A stretch of 48,611 nt of DNA from IMG/VR virus record IMGVR_UViG_3300013902_000003, positions 1 to 48,611 of that record. One strand, given 5' to 3'. Source of the stretch: a virus. Both the position numbers and the translations under genes were made by a program. The notes under the pieces were generated by a model. It saw only the letters and a program-made list of their open reading frames with translations, did no database searches and had not been told where the DNA came from. This document shows, one piece after another, positions 24,922 through 32,848 of the stretch; position 1 is the first letter of the stretch; each line of letters starts with the position of its first letter.

Positions 24922-26133
24922 ATGAAGACGAATAAACCTTATCGCTTCAATGTTAGAACAGGCAGGAACATTGAAGTTATTTTTTCTATAATGCCTAATA
25001 AGAGAATCAGTACAGGGACTAGAGACATGGTAGAAGCGATTAAGTTCGCTGATCACTACTTAGCAATGCTAGGACAAGAAATAGAAGAAGTTCCTCTTTT
25101 TAAAGATTTTGCGAAAGACTTTTTCATTCGTGAAGACAAAGAATCTTTAAGATACAGACACAAGCAATTTAGAAGAGAAAATAGGGAAGGTTGGTATAAA
25201 AGAAATCAGTGGTACTTAGATAAATATATCATGCCTCATTTTGCCCATTTTCCTTTAAATACCATTACACAAGTCATGATCGAAAACTGGATGGTATCGA
25301 TGAAAGGGTTAACCAAGAAGAATCTGTCAGGAAATTCTATTAAGAAGACATTACAGGCATTGAGAGAAATATTAGATGACGCCGTGAGATACTCATATAT
25401 CAAAACAAATCCCGCACGAGGAGTTCTCATTCCTGCTGATATTAAAGTTTTTGAGCGCCGTCCCCTTTCTCTGTCAGAACAAAGAATCCTTTTCCCAAAT
25501 GAAAAAAAAGAAAGATTAAAAGTATGGGGGACTATCCTTTATGCTGCATATTTCTCAGTCATGTACGACACCGGATTTAGACCAGCTGAAGTTCAGGGAC
25601 TAAGAGTTTGTGATGTATACACAACACCTCAAGGACTAGGAGTATTTACATCTCACACTATTTGTTCCGAAGAGCATAAGGCAAAGAATAGAGTCAAAAC
25701 AAGTGGAAAAGGAATGGAGAGTCGGGTAGGATTACTTACTACTGTTACTGCTGACCTATTATTAAAGATGATTAAAGACGCTCACTTAAAGGATGACGAC
25801 TATCTCTTCCTATCAGATAGAGCGAAAAAAGACTCATGGATAAAAGGAGCAACAGCGAATAAGAAGCTTAGGAATACTTGCAACAAGTATGGTTTAGAAT
25901 CGGATATCACACAGTATTGTCTCAGACACACATACGCAACATATCGCCGTGGCAACATGGATGAAGCAACGCTTGCTCTCTCTATGGGACACAGTGGAGG
26001 AAGAGTCAGGAACGATTACGACCACAGAACAGCATCTATTCTTTTAGCACAGTTAGAAAAGAGCAGAGACGCTATATTCTCAGATGATGATAAAGAAGAA
26101 GAGATTAAGCCACTTAAGGAGAAGAGAGGATAA
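24922..26133 (+). CDS. int: Tyrosine recombinase / phage integrase
   Basis: Catalytic signature TGFRPAEV...LRHTYATY...GHSGG...NDYDH (R, H-x-x-R, H, Y). 403 aa. Confidence 0.9.
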   Translation: MKTNKPYRFNVRTGRNIEVIFSIMPNKRISTGTRDMVEAIKFADHYLAMLGQEIEEVPLFKDFAKDFFIREDKESLRYRHKQFRRENREGWYKRNQWYLDKYIMPHFAHFPLNTITQVMIENWMVSMKGLTKKNLSGNSIKKTLQALREILDDAVRYSYIKTNPARGVLIPADIKVFERRPLSLSEQRILFPNEKKERLKVWGTILYAAYFSVMYDTGFRPAEVQGLRVCDVYTTPQGLGVFTSHTICSEEHKAKNRVKTSGKGMESRVGLLTTVTADLLLKMIKDAHLKDDDYLFLSDRAKKDSWIKGATANKKLRNTCNKYGLESDITQYCLRHTYATYRRGNMDEATLALSMGHSGGRVRNDYDHRTASILLAQLEKSRDAIFSDDDKEEEIKPLKEKRG

Positions 26134-26138
26134 ATAAA

Positions 26139-26564
26139 ATGAATAATGATGAGGAGAAATTATATAAACAACTTTTAGATAAGTCTCAAGAAGCTTTTAT
26201 TATGTCAATTGAGATTTACAATAAACCTACAATTAAGTACAGGGTTGAGAGTTTTTCTTTTTTAATCTGCAATGCTTGGGAACTTATGTTAAAAGCCAAA
26301 ATAATAAAAGACGAAGGAGAACAGGCGATATATTTTAAAGACAATCTTGAAAGGACAAAATCTCTTTCGTGGTGTGTTAAACATGTTTTTACAAATGACA
26401 TGACACCTCTTAGGAAAAACCTAGAGGAGATAATTGAACTTAGAGACTTAAGTACACACTTTATTACGCAAGAATATGAACTTATATACGTTCCTCTCTT
26501 TCAATCGTGTGTAAACAATTACACGAACAAGATGATTGATTTTCACTCCATTGAATTGATATAA
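26139..26564 (+). CDS. DUF3644-like protein, N-terminal fragment (possibly the 5' part of a frameshifted gene)
   Basis: EAFIMSIEIYNKPTIKYRVESFSFLICNAWELMLKAKII matches the recalled DUF3644 signature. The adjacent frame is open from 26555. Confidence 0.45.
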   Translation: MNNDEEKLYKQLLDKSQEAFIMSIEIYNKPTIKYRVESFSFLICNAWELMLKAKIIKDEGEQAIYFKDNLERTKSLSWCVKHVFTNDMTPLRKNLEEIIELRDLSTHFITQEYELIYVPLFQSCVNNYTNKMIDFHSIELI

Positions 26565-26611
26565 CAAAAGTTATACCAACACATTTTCTCAATCTTTATG
26601 TTGGAGACAGT

Positions 26612-27142
26612 TTGTTATCAATGAGAGAGATTGAATCAAAGTATTCAAAAATAGTTGTAGATAATCTTTTGAGACATCAGTCTAAAATTCAAAATATGGC
26701 AGAAGAAAATCACAACGATAAGTTTGCCATCGTTATAAGGCAAGATATGAGACTTGTGAAAAACAAAGATTCAAGCGTTCAAGCTTTTAGGTATGTAAAA
26801 AATGGAGAAGAACCAGAAGGTAGTGTTATGGTTATAAAACATCTACAAGACCCAAACCAAACTCATCCGTATAGTATGATGAATATATTGAAAAACGTTA
26901 AGTCAAGAATAGCCAAACAAGGAATTGATCTAGCTGTTAATAAGAGTCATATACAGGAGTTCATCAGCTTTTATGATTTAAAGCATGATGAGAAGTACTG
27001 TTATACACATAGGAATTATAATACTCCATCTTATTCTTATTCTCCCGATCTAGTAGATTTTATCGTATGCGAAATTCAAAAAGATATAGATTGTTTCGAG
27101 AAAATTCATAACCAAACATTAAAAAGAAAGAAAAAAAATTAG
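26612..27142 (+). CDS. Hypothetical protein; either the C-terminal continuation of 26139..26564 or a separate gene starting at ATG 26621
   Basis: The ORF-track start is TTG. The first ATG, at 26621, has GGAGA 13 nt upstream. Confidence 0.45.
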   Translation: MLSMREIESKYSKIVVDNLLRHQSKIQNMAEENHNDKFAIVIRQDMRLVKNKDSSVQAFRYVKNGEEPEGSVMVIKHLQDPNQTHPYSMMNILKNVKSRIAKQGIDLAVNKSHIQEFISFYDLKHDEKYCYTHRNYNTPSYSYSPDLVDFIVCEIQKDIDCFEKIHNQTLKRKKKN

Positions 27143-27269
27143 TCGACCCCAGGAGCAAAGGATTCTTGGCTTTTCGCCTACTGCCAATTGGCAACCCAGC
27201 TTGGTTCCTTCCCAAGTCGACTTACAATCTTTATTTAACACAAATCTTCTCAAACGTCAATTATTTAAT

Positions 27270-27326
27270 ATGCCTTATGAGAAATCAATTGTAGTTGGAA
27301 TAAGCATAAAAAACAACCACCACTAG
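27270..27326 (+). pseudogene. Degenerate copy of the small hydrophobic toxin ORF (MPYEKSIVVGISIKNNHH)
   Basis: Shares M-x-Y-E ... K-N-N and flanking homology with the intact ORF at 37587..37676. It has no SD and the hydrophobic core is deleted. Confidence 0.35.
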
Positions 27327-27418
27327 CGAAGTATCAAGCTTTGTGGCAGTTGACAACTTTAAAATTTAAACATCTTGAAGTTAACACGCCTAGAGCTTTT
27401 CACGGCAGTGCCACTTCT
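27305..27418 (-). ncRNA. Candidate antisense small RNA, paralogue of the 37680..37780 RNA
   Basis: Driven by the promoter at 27425-27453. The terminator-like stem CCAC..GTGG is followed by a T-run on the minus strand. About 95 nt are homologous to 37727-37815. Confidence 0.35.
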
Positions 27419-27424
27419 ATTTGA

Positions 27425-27453
27425 ATTATCATTAGAACACCCTAAAAAGTCAA
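27425..27453 (-). promoter_or_regulatory. Minus-strand promoter TTGACT-17-GATAAT
   Basis: Read on the reverse complement; operator O3 lies 3 nt upstream of the -35 box. Confidence 0.55.
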
Positions 27454-27456
27454 CAA

Positions 27457-27470
27457 AAATGTATACATTT
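27457..27470. promoter_or_regulatory. Operator-like palindrome O3 (AAATGTATACATTT)
   Basis: Exact inverted copy of O1 plus its TTGAC flank. Confidence 0.6.
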
Positions 27471-27489
27471 AGGCAACCTTAAAGAAAAA

Positions 27490-28236
27490 TTACTTTTCTA
27501 ATTCTGATTCTACTTTTCTTATTTGTATATATAAAACAAGTTTAATTAAAGAAAAAATGCCATCTAAAAATTTCCAAAAGCTAGAAGAAAAATCAAAACT
27601 GTCAGAAAAGCTTAAAATGACTATTAAAGACATTGCACACATAGCTACCGTTGCAATTGATAAAGAGAAGGTGAGGAATTGTTTAAAATGCAATCTTAAT
27701 GCTACAAGAATTATTGCATCTACAATTACTAAGACTTTAAAAAGTGTATAAATCCACTCTTTATCGCTATAGTAGACCCAATCAGGGTCAGAAAATAACA
27801 TAAATAAACCATATCCAAATGGAGCGATTAAGAATATAAACTTAAATAGTTTATACAAGGGATTAGAGTTTCCCAACGAATCAGACATAGTATAAGTCTC
27901 CTTTTTCCTATTAGAATTTTCACTATAATCGTTTGGATTAAATCTATTAGACGCATCGATACGATTGAGTCTTTCTTTTACCTCATCGCTAAAGGAATCA
28001 TATTCCATAAGTCCTCTTGCTCTCTTTCTTCTTTCTTCTTCTGATTCTTCATCTTCTTCCATATCTCTAGGTCCATAAAATAACACATGCATCACGTAAC
28101 ACATAATAAAAGAGTAAATTAAAAATAGAACGAACCACACAGTACTGTCATCCGAAATATCAAATGTAGAATTACCTATAATGTATGATAAAATCGTAAG
28201 ACAGATGGCTACAATTTCTCCACAAATTACCCACAT
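27490..28236 (-). CDS. Multi-pass membrane protein co-transcribed with the repressor (superinfection-exclusion / abortive-infection candidate)
   Basis: The start ATG abuts the repressor stop (TAAATG). Two N-terminal and about four C-terminal hydrophobic segments flank an acidic loop. Confidence 0.55.
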   Translation of the reverse strand: MWVICGEIVAICLTILSYIIGNSTFDISDDSTVWFVLFLIYSFIMCYVMHVLFYGPRDMEEDEESEEERRKRARGLMEYDSFSDEVKERLNRIDASNRFNPNDYSENSNRKKETYTMSDSLGNSNPLYKLFKFIFLIAPFGYGLFMLFSDPDWVYYSDKEWIYTLFKVLVIVDAIILVALRLHFKQFLTFSLSIATVAMCAMSLIVILSFSDSFDFSSSFWKFLDGIFSLIKLVLYIQIRKVESELEK

Positions 28237-28581
28237 TTACTTCTCTCCCTTAATATTCTTAATAAGATTAGCAATGCTACTAGCTAGCGTTGGATCGTCC
28301 TTTAGCATCTTTGTTATATAGGTGTAATCAGGATTTTCTTTTTCGATTTTCTTTTCTTCTTGCGAACCTTCTATTCCTGTAATTAAATAATCATTAGAAA
28401 CTTTTAGCCAATTTGCTATTTTTATAGGCAAATCACCTTTTGGATATCTATTTTTTGATTTCCATTGTCTTACTACATCATAACTAACATCTATTGCCGC
28501 TGCTAATTCTTTATAACTTAAACGCTTTTTCCTTAAAAGTTCATCAATTCTATCCCAGTATTCGAAAGCAAAGTTAGGCAT
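28237..28581 (-). CDS. cI-like XRE-family HTH repressor
   Basis: LSYKELAAAIDVSYDVVRQWKSKNRYP HTH pattern. Divergent from the early operon, with an operator in the intergenic region. Confidence 0.8.
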   Translation of the reverse strand: MPNFAFEYWDRIDELLRKKRLSYKELAAAIDVSYDVVRQWKSKNRYPKGDLPIKIANWLKVSNDYLITGIEGSQEEKKIEKENPDYTYITKMLKDDPTLASSIANLIKNIKGEK

Positions 28582-28621
28582 ATATCCCTCCTATTCTCTG
28601 AAAAATATCTAAAATAATCAC

Positions 28622-28635
28622 AAATGTGAACATTT
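28622..28635. promoter_or_regulatory. Operator-like inverted repeat O4 (AAATGT-ga-ACATTT) in the immunity switch
   Basis: Lies 4 nt upstream of the TTGACA box at 28640. Confidence 0.6.
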
Positions 28636-28639
28636 TTTG

Positions 28640-28668
28640 TTGACAAAGAATCAAAAAGAACGCATTAT
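28640..28668 (+). promoter_or_regulatory. Early rightward promoter (TTGACA-17-CATTAT)
   Basis: Consensus -35 box. The GTGTTC-5-GAACAC inverted repeat at 28676-28692 lies just downstream. Confidence 0.55.
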
Positions 28669-28707
28669 TCTTAGTGTGTTCAAATCGAACACAACAGGAG
28701 ATGAAGC

Positions 28708-28878
28708 ATGAAGAAAAGATACAACGCTCTTTATAGATCTTGCCTCACTGATGCAGAAAAGAAGGCCTTCAAAGAGCTTGCTCTCAAGAAAGGCAGTGTT
28801 ACAGAAATTCATGACTCTCTTCTTAGAGAGTTCATAAAAAAGGAGAGCGAAAATGCAGCTCAAAATAGAAGAGCTTGA
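28708..28878 (+). CDS. 56-aa Cro-position protein, ribbon-helix-helix-like (not in the ORF track)
   Basis: AGGAG lies 7 nt before the ATG. MKKRYNALYRSCLTDAEKKAFKELALKKGSVTEIHDSLLREFIKKE.... It is the first gene of the early operon. Confidence 0.45.
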   Translation: MKKRYNALYRSCLTDAEKKAFKELALKKGSVTEIHDSLLREFIKKESENAAQNRRA

Positions 28879-29155
28879 CTCTCTCAGAGAGGAAGTAAAC
28901 AACCTCTCAAAGTTGGTGCTCCATCTTACGAGCACTATGGGTCTTAAGAAGACTGTCTCTGTAAAAGATATAGCAGAGATGGAAGGGGTATCAGTTAGCT
29001 CTCTTAGGGGCAATTGTAGATATCTTCTTCCTAATTACGGTCAGTCTCAATACCCAGACGGTCCAACGAGATGGGATATTGAAGTGTATTTAAGTTGGAG
29101 AAGTTTATCTCCAACGCAGAGAAAGAGTGCTCTTAGAAGTGCTCTTAGAAAATAA
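28853..29155 (+). CDS. Early HTH DNA-binding protein (excisionase/MerR-like candidate)
   Basis: AAGGAG SD; VSVKDIAEMEGVSVSSLRGN HTH-like segment. Confidence 0.45.
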   Translation: MQLKIEELDSLREEVNNLSKLVLHLTSTMGLKKTVSVKDIAEMEGVSVSSLRGNCRYLLPNYGQSQYPDGPTRWDIEVYLSWRSLSPTQRKSALRSALRK

Positions 29156-29219
29156 AAATGCTCTCTGTTTTTGTTTTTTTAGGTGAAGACGAATCAGAGA
29201 GCAAGGAGGAAAAAGCAAC

Positions 29220-29375
29220 ATGTGTATGAAGCTTTTTACAAGAACTATTGTACGACTTTTGAAAAGGAAGTCAAACAGTGCTGTCGTTAATGGCAGTACC
29301 TGGGGAATTATCAACGGTGAGTATGTCATATTCACCGAGGAAGAGAGGGAGTGGAGGAGAAGTCATGGAGTTCTT
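29220..29375 (+). CDS. Possible 51-aa protein
   Basis: AAGGAGG lies 10 nt upstream, and the ORF overlaps the exonuclease start. Confidence 0.3.
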
Positions 29376-30066
29376 TAATAGAATTAAGATTAATGACCAT
29401 GACACGTGGCTCAAGCAACGCCAGAGCCTCATACAGGCATCTGACGCAGCATCTATTCTAGGGATGTCACCTTGGAGGACAGACGCTCAGTTATGGGACG
29501 AGAAGACAAATGGCATCTCAGAGGCTCTATCTTACAAGCCATACATTCAGTACGGCAAAAAGATGGAAGAGTACATAAGAGAATCTTTCCTCTTAGATAA
29601 CCCATTTTTTAGCTGTGAGTATCACGAGTATGACATACTTACGAGCACAGCTAGACCATGGCAAGGGTGCACGTTGGACGGAGAACTCACAGTCACGGTA
29701 CCAGTCAATCCATGGGGCTTAGAAGTGGAAGCAAAAGGCATCCTAGAGTGTAAGACAGGTTCATTTAGAGGGCTATCAGACTTGCATAAATGGGACGATA
29801 TTCCAATTCACTACTACTGTCAGATTCTACATCAGTTGGCAGTCACGGGGTGGGATTTCGTTATCCTTACGGCAAGACTCAAGAGAGACGCCTTTAAAGA
29901 CGAAGACAAAGGATTTCCACAGATAGAGCACAGGTCATTCATTGTCTTAAGAAAAGACGTAGGAGAGGATTTAGAACTTTTGAATGAAGCTGAAGAAAAG
30001 TTCTATCAGTCATTGAAAGAAGGAAAAAGGCCAACATTTAAATTATCAACAAAGGAGATTAAATAA
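29365..30066 (+). CDS. YqaJ/lambda-Exo-like recombination exonuclease
   Basis: ORF-track 29278 trimmed to the ATG at 29365, behind GGAGGAG. ASDAASILGMSPW...LDG...LECKT PD-(D/E)xK pattern. Upstream of RecT. Confidence 0.7.
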   Translation: MEFFNRIKINDHDTWLKQRQSLIQASDAASILGMSPWRTDAQLWDEKTNGISEALSYKPYIQYGKKMEEYIRESFLLDNPFFSCEYHEYDILTSTARPWQGCTLDGELTVTVPVNPWGLEVEAKGILECKTGSFRGLSDLHKWDDIPIHYYCQILHQLAVTGWDFVILTARLKRDAFKDEDKGFPQIEHRSFIVLRKDVGEDLELLNEAEEKFYQSLKEGKRPTFKLSTKEIK

Positions 30067-30067
30067 A

Positions 30068-30910
30068 ATGGTAGATTTAGAAATGAGATTAAGTACCGAA
30101 GTAGGAACTATTTCTTACACAGATTTAGAGAAGTTACCTAGTTATATTGACGAAGCATTAAGACAGATAATGCCAATCGACGAACAAGGAAACTTACCTC
30201 TTCATGCAGTAAGTGCAAGCAATCTTCCTGAAGCTAAAGATACTCTAGCTAAACTAAGAAAGTTAGACAAAGCTCTTGAAGACGAAAGAAAAAGAATAAA
30301 GAAAGAGTGGCTCAAGCCATATGAAGAGTTTGAAGCTACATACAAGTGCAAGAAAGAAGCTCTAACAAGAGCAATTACAACTCTTGCTAGTGATGTGTCT
30401 GACGTTGAAAGAGATATCGACAATTACAAGCGAAACGGATTGACCTTGAATATCCAGAAAGACGCAGACGCTATGAGAGTAGGCTTAGGAGATCTAGTCA
30501 AAGATAATGCAGCTCTTTGGTCGAGAGTATGGAGCGAGAGTTATCTCAATAAGACAATGTCCTCAACTAAAGTATGTGAAGCTTATCGCACAGCTCTTAG
30601 AGAGATCATGACAGAGCTTGAGACGATTGACGCAAGTGAAGATAGAGACAAGCTCTTACAGGCTTACTATCGCATGGGAAATCTCACATTAGCACTTGCA
30701 GAAGTGCAGCGTTTTAAAGAGCTTGAGAAGAAATTTAAAGCTAAATCTTTAGAAACACAGACAACACCAGAGTCTCAGGTAGAAGAGCCAAAAAAAGAAG
30801 AAGGATTTACTTATAAATCTTTCAAATGCTGGCATAAGGATGCATCAGCCTTTAAGGGATTAATTCAGTACATGAAAGACAACGGATTTCATTGTGAAAT
30901 TCTAAAATAA
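30068..30910 (+). CDS. DUF1351-like protein, a frequent RecT partner in Firmicute phages
   Basis: Position between Exo and RecT, about 280 aa, helical. The family assignment is from memory. Confidence 0.4.
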   Translation: MVDLEMRLSTEVGTISYTDLEKLPSYIDEALRQIMPIDEQGNLPLHAVSASNLPEAKDTLAKLRKLDKALEDERKRIKKEWLKPYEEFEATYKCKKEALTRAITTLASDVSDVERDIDNYKRNGLTLNIQKDADAMRVGLGDLVKDNAALWSRVWSESYLNKTMSSTKVCEAYRTALREIMTELETIDASEDRDKLLQAYYRMGNLTLALAEVQRFKELEKKFKAKSLETQTTPESQVEEPKKEEGFTYKSFKCWHKDASAFKGLIQYMKDNGFHCEILK

Positions 30911-30940
30911 ATAAATACAAGATAAGGAGATAATCATAAA

Positions 30941-31894
30941 ATGTATCAAACAAATTACAGTTATAATAGCACATCTAACAGTAACAGATTAGCAACTACA
31001 AGCAATACCAAAGTTGCTACAATTAAGAGCTTATCAAGTAGCCCTCTTATTCAGGGCAAATTTAAGGATGTCTTAGGCGATAAAGCTCCTGCATTTATAG
31101 CATCAGTTGTCGGAGCAGTTAACAGTAACTATGCACTACAAAAGTCAGACCCAACATCTGTTTTTGCAGCTGCTATGATTGCTGCAACTCTCAATCTCTC
31201 TGTAGTACCAACCCTTGGACAAGCTGCAATAGTTCCATACAAAGATAAAGGCGTTATGAAGGCTCAGTTTCAGATCATGGTCAGAGGAATTGTTCAGTTA
31301 GCACAGCGTACAGGTCAGTACAAGAATATCAACGCTGGAGAAGTCTACGAAGACGAATACAAGGGCTATGACTTACTCACAGGCGACGTAAATATCGTTC
31401 CTATGTTCAATGGTCAAAGAGACCACGGCGAAAGAGATAAGATCGTTGGATATTTTGCTTATATTGAGACTGTTACAGGCTTTAAGAAAGTTGAGTATTG
31501 GAGCAAAGCACAAGTTGAAGCTCATGCCATGAGATACTCTAAGAGCTATCAGAATGGACCTTGGAGAGACAATTTCGACGCTATGTCTAAAAAGACAGTC
31601 CTTAAGTCTCTTATCAATCACTATGGTCCTATGAGTGTTGATACAGATCTAGCACAGGCATTACAGAAAGACCAGCTTGTTGTGGACGCGGACGGAAACG
31701 AAAGCTATGCCGACAATCCTATGGGTGAATTTATCGCTCCACCGTCAGACAACGAAGAAACAGTCATAAACGAGCCAAAAGAAGAAAAGAGTGTAGATTT
31801 ACCAAAAGAGAAAGAAAATCAAGCACAGGCTCAAGAATCATCATTAGACGAAGAGATAGACAATACGCTCTCAGATGATGAGTTCAATTTTTAA
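30941..31894 (+). CDS. recT: RecT-family single-strand annealing protein
   Basis: LNLSVVPTLGQAAIVPY...QFQIMVRGIVQLAQRTGQY...GYFAYIE...KKTVLKSLI pattern. Confidence 0.85.
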   Translation: MYQTNYSYNSTSNSNRLATTSNTKVATIKSLSSSPLIQGKFKDVLGDKAPAFIASVVGAVNSNYALQKSDPTSVFAAAMIAATLNLSVVPTLGQAAIVPYKDKGVMKAQFQIMVRGIVQLAQRTGQYKNINAGEVYEDEYKGYDLLTGDVNIVPMFNGQRDHGERDKIVGYFAYIETVTGFKKVEYWSKAQVEAHAMRYSKSYQNGPWRDNFDAMSKKTVLKSLINHYGPMSVDTDLAQALQKDQLVVDADGNESYADNPMGEFIAPPSDNEETVINEPKEEKSVDLPKEKENQAQAQESSLDEEIDNTLSDDEFNF

Positions 31895-32017
31895 GAGGTA
31901 ATTATGCTTTCTAGTAGTTCTTATGTTTTCTCCTTATTTCATTTGCAAACAAAAAGAACCCCACAAACATACAGGGCTACTAGAGAGCTTTAGATACAAG
32001 GTAAAGGTGTAGGTAAG

Positions 32018-32434
32018 ATGGCTAAAAGAAAAGAGCCTTACATAACAATTCCAATCTCTTTTTTCTCAAATCTAAAAATCAAGATGATGATAGCTAAATT
32101 GGGAAAAACTGCGGTTATGGACTATCTCTTAATTCTAACGAAGCACATTGAATTTGAAGAATATGACTTCATGATTCCAGATGAGATGATTCCCTTTATT
32201 GCTCAAGAATCAGGAACAGAAGAAACAGAGCTAAGAAGAACAATTGCTTATTGCTTAAGAGAAGGTTTTTTTACAGGCACAACTAAAGCAGATGGAACTG
32301 AATTCTTCTACAATGAAGACCAAAGATTAAATCTCTTAAATTGGAAAGAAATAAGAAAGATGAGATCAGAAATAGGAAAAAGAGGTAACGAAATAAGATG
32401 GAACAAAGGAGGAGAAAACACAAATGAAGACTAA
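32018..32434 (+). CDS. Replication organiser, DnaD/DUF4373-like N-terminal domain
   Basis: YITIPISFFSNLKIKMMIAKLGKTAVMDYLLIL pattern; iterons lie immediately downstream. Confidence 0.4.
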   Translation: MAKRKEPYITIPISFFSNLKIKMMIAKLGKTAVMDYLLILTKHIEFEEYDFMIPDEMIPFIAQESGTEETELRRTIAYCLREGFFTGTTKADGTEFFYNEDQRLNLLNWKEIRKMRSEIGKRGNEIRWNKGGENTNED

Positions 32435-32507
32435 TAACATAATCTCTATTTCTCTTTATTACGTGAAGAAATATCTTTCTTATTCTTCCTTTCTTGTTTG
32501 TAAAAAT

Positions 32508-32526
32508 GCTTTCTTGCGAAGAAAGC
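32508..32526. other. Perfect hairpin GCTTTCTT-gcg-AAGAAAGC in the origin region
   Basis: 8-bp inverted repeat read directly. Confidence 0.7.
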
Positions 32527-32562
32527 TGTTACTGTTATTGTTATTGTTATTGTTATTGTTAT
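32527..32562. repeat. Hexanucleotide tandem repeat (TGTTAC, then TGTTAT x5)
   Basis: Six contiguous units. Confidence 0.9.
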
Positions 32563-32565
32563 ATA

Positions 32566-32617
32566 GCGATACGTTTGCGATTGCAATTGCGATAGCAAAA
32601 GCGATTGCCTTTGCGAT
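32566..32617. repeat. Five GCGAT iterons spaced 11-12 bp apart (candidate replication origin)
   Basis: GCGAT at 32566, 32577, 32589, 32601 and 32613. Confidence 0.6.
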
Positions 32618-32653
32618 TTTTACTACATCACAAACAATCAAGGATTTTAGCTT

Positions 32654-32848
32654 ATGTATTTTGGAATAGTGTCATTTAAAGACGGCAAGAAGTTTAAGTT
32701 AGTGCTCTACAAAGACAGTAGAGAAGAAGCAAAGAAGGAAGCGTATAAAGTGGTATCGAGCTACTTTACGAAAGCAGAGATAGCTAAGCGTGGAGGAGCA
32801 ACTTTGAAGCTTAGAAGGCTCAATAAAGAAGGAGAGAAACTCTTATGA
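32654..32848 (+). CDS. Small early protein
   Basis: 64 aa; start/stop coupled to the next ORF. Confidence 0.5.
   Translation: MYFGIVSFKDGKKFKLVLYKDSREEAKKEAYKVVSSYFTKAEIAKRGGATLKLRRLNKEGEKLL

Noticed and set aside
24593-24925. 110-aa + strand ORF upstream of int
   Set aside because: It has a GTG-type start and Phe/Leu/Ile-rich junk from an AT-rich spacer. The region is better explained as attP with arm-type repeats.
27142-27225. tRNA gene
   Set aside because: An acceptor-like stem, a D-like arm and a T-like arm can be drawn. No 5-bp anticodon stem with a 7-nt loop exists, and the T-loop (TTCCTTC) lacks the conserved purine-A.
27557-27751. 64-aa + strand ORF antisense to the cI-linked membrane protein gene
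   Set aside because: It has no SD, and the opposite-strand ORF has coherent TM topology and operon context.
28676-28692. tRNA T-arm-like GTGTTCAAATCGAACAC
   Set aside because: It is an isolated hairpin in the early-transcript leader with no surrounding cloverleaf. It is more likely a regulatory inverted repeat.
28651-29013. 120-aa minus-strand ORF across the immunity switch and early genes
   Set aside because: It overlaps the early promoter, the small Cro-position ORF and the 28853 ORF, all of which have proper SD sites. It has no SD of its own.
32527-32617. CRISPR-like array
   Set aside because: The units are 5-6 bp with an 11-12-bp period. These are far too short for CRISPR repeats and spacers, and are interpreted as a microsatellite plus iterons.
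32424-32669. 81-aa ORF containing a run of 11 leucines
   Set aside because: It is the (TGTTAT)n and GCGAT repeat region read in frame. It is non-coding origin-like DNA.
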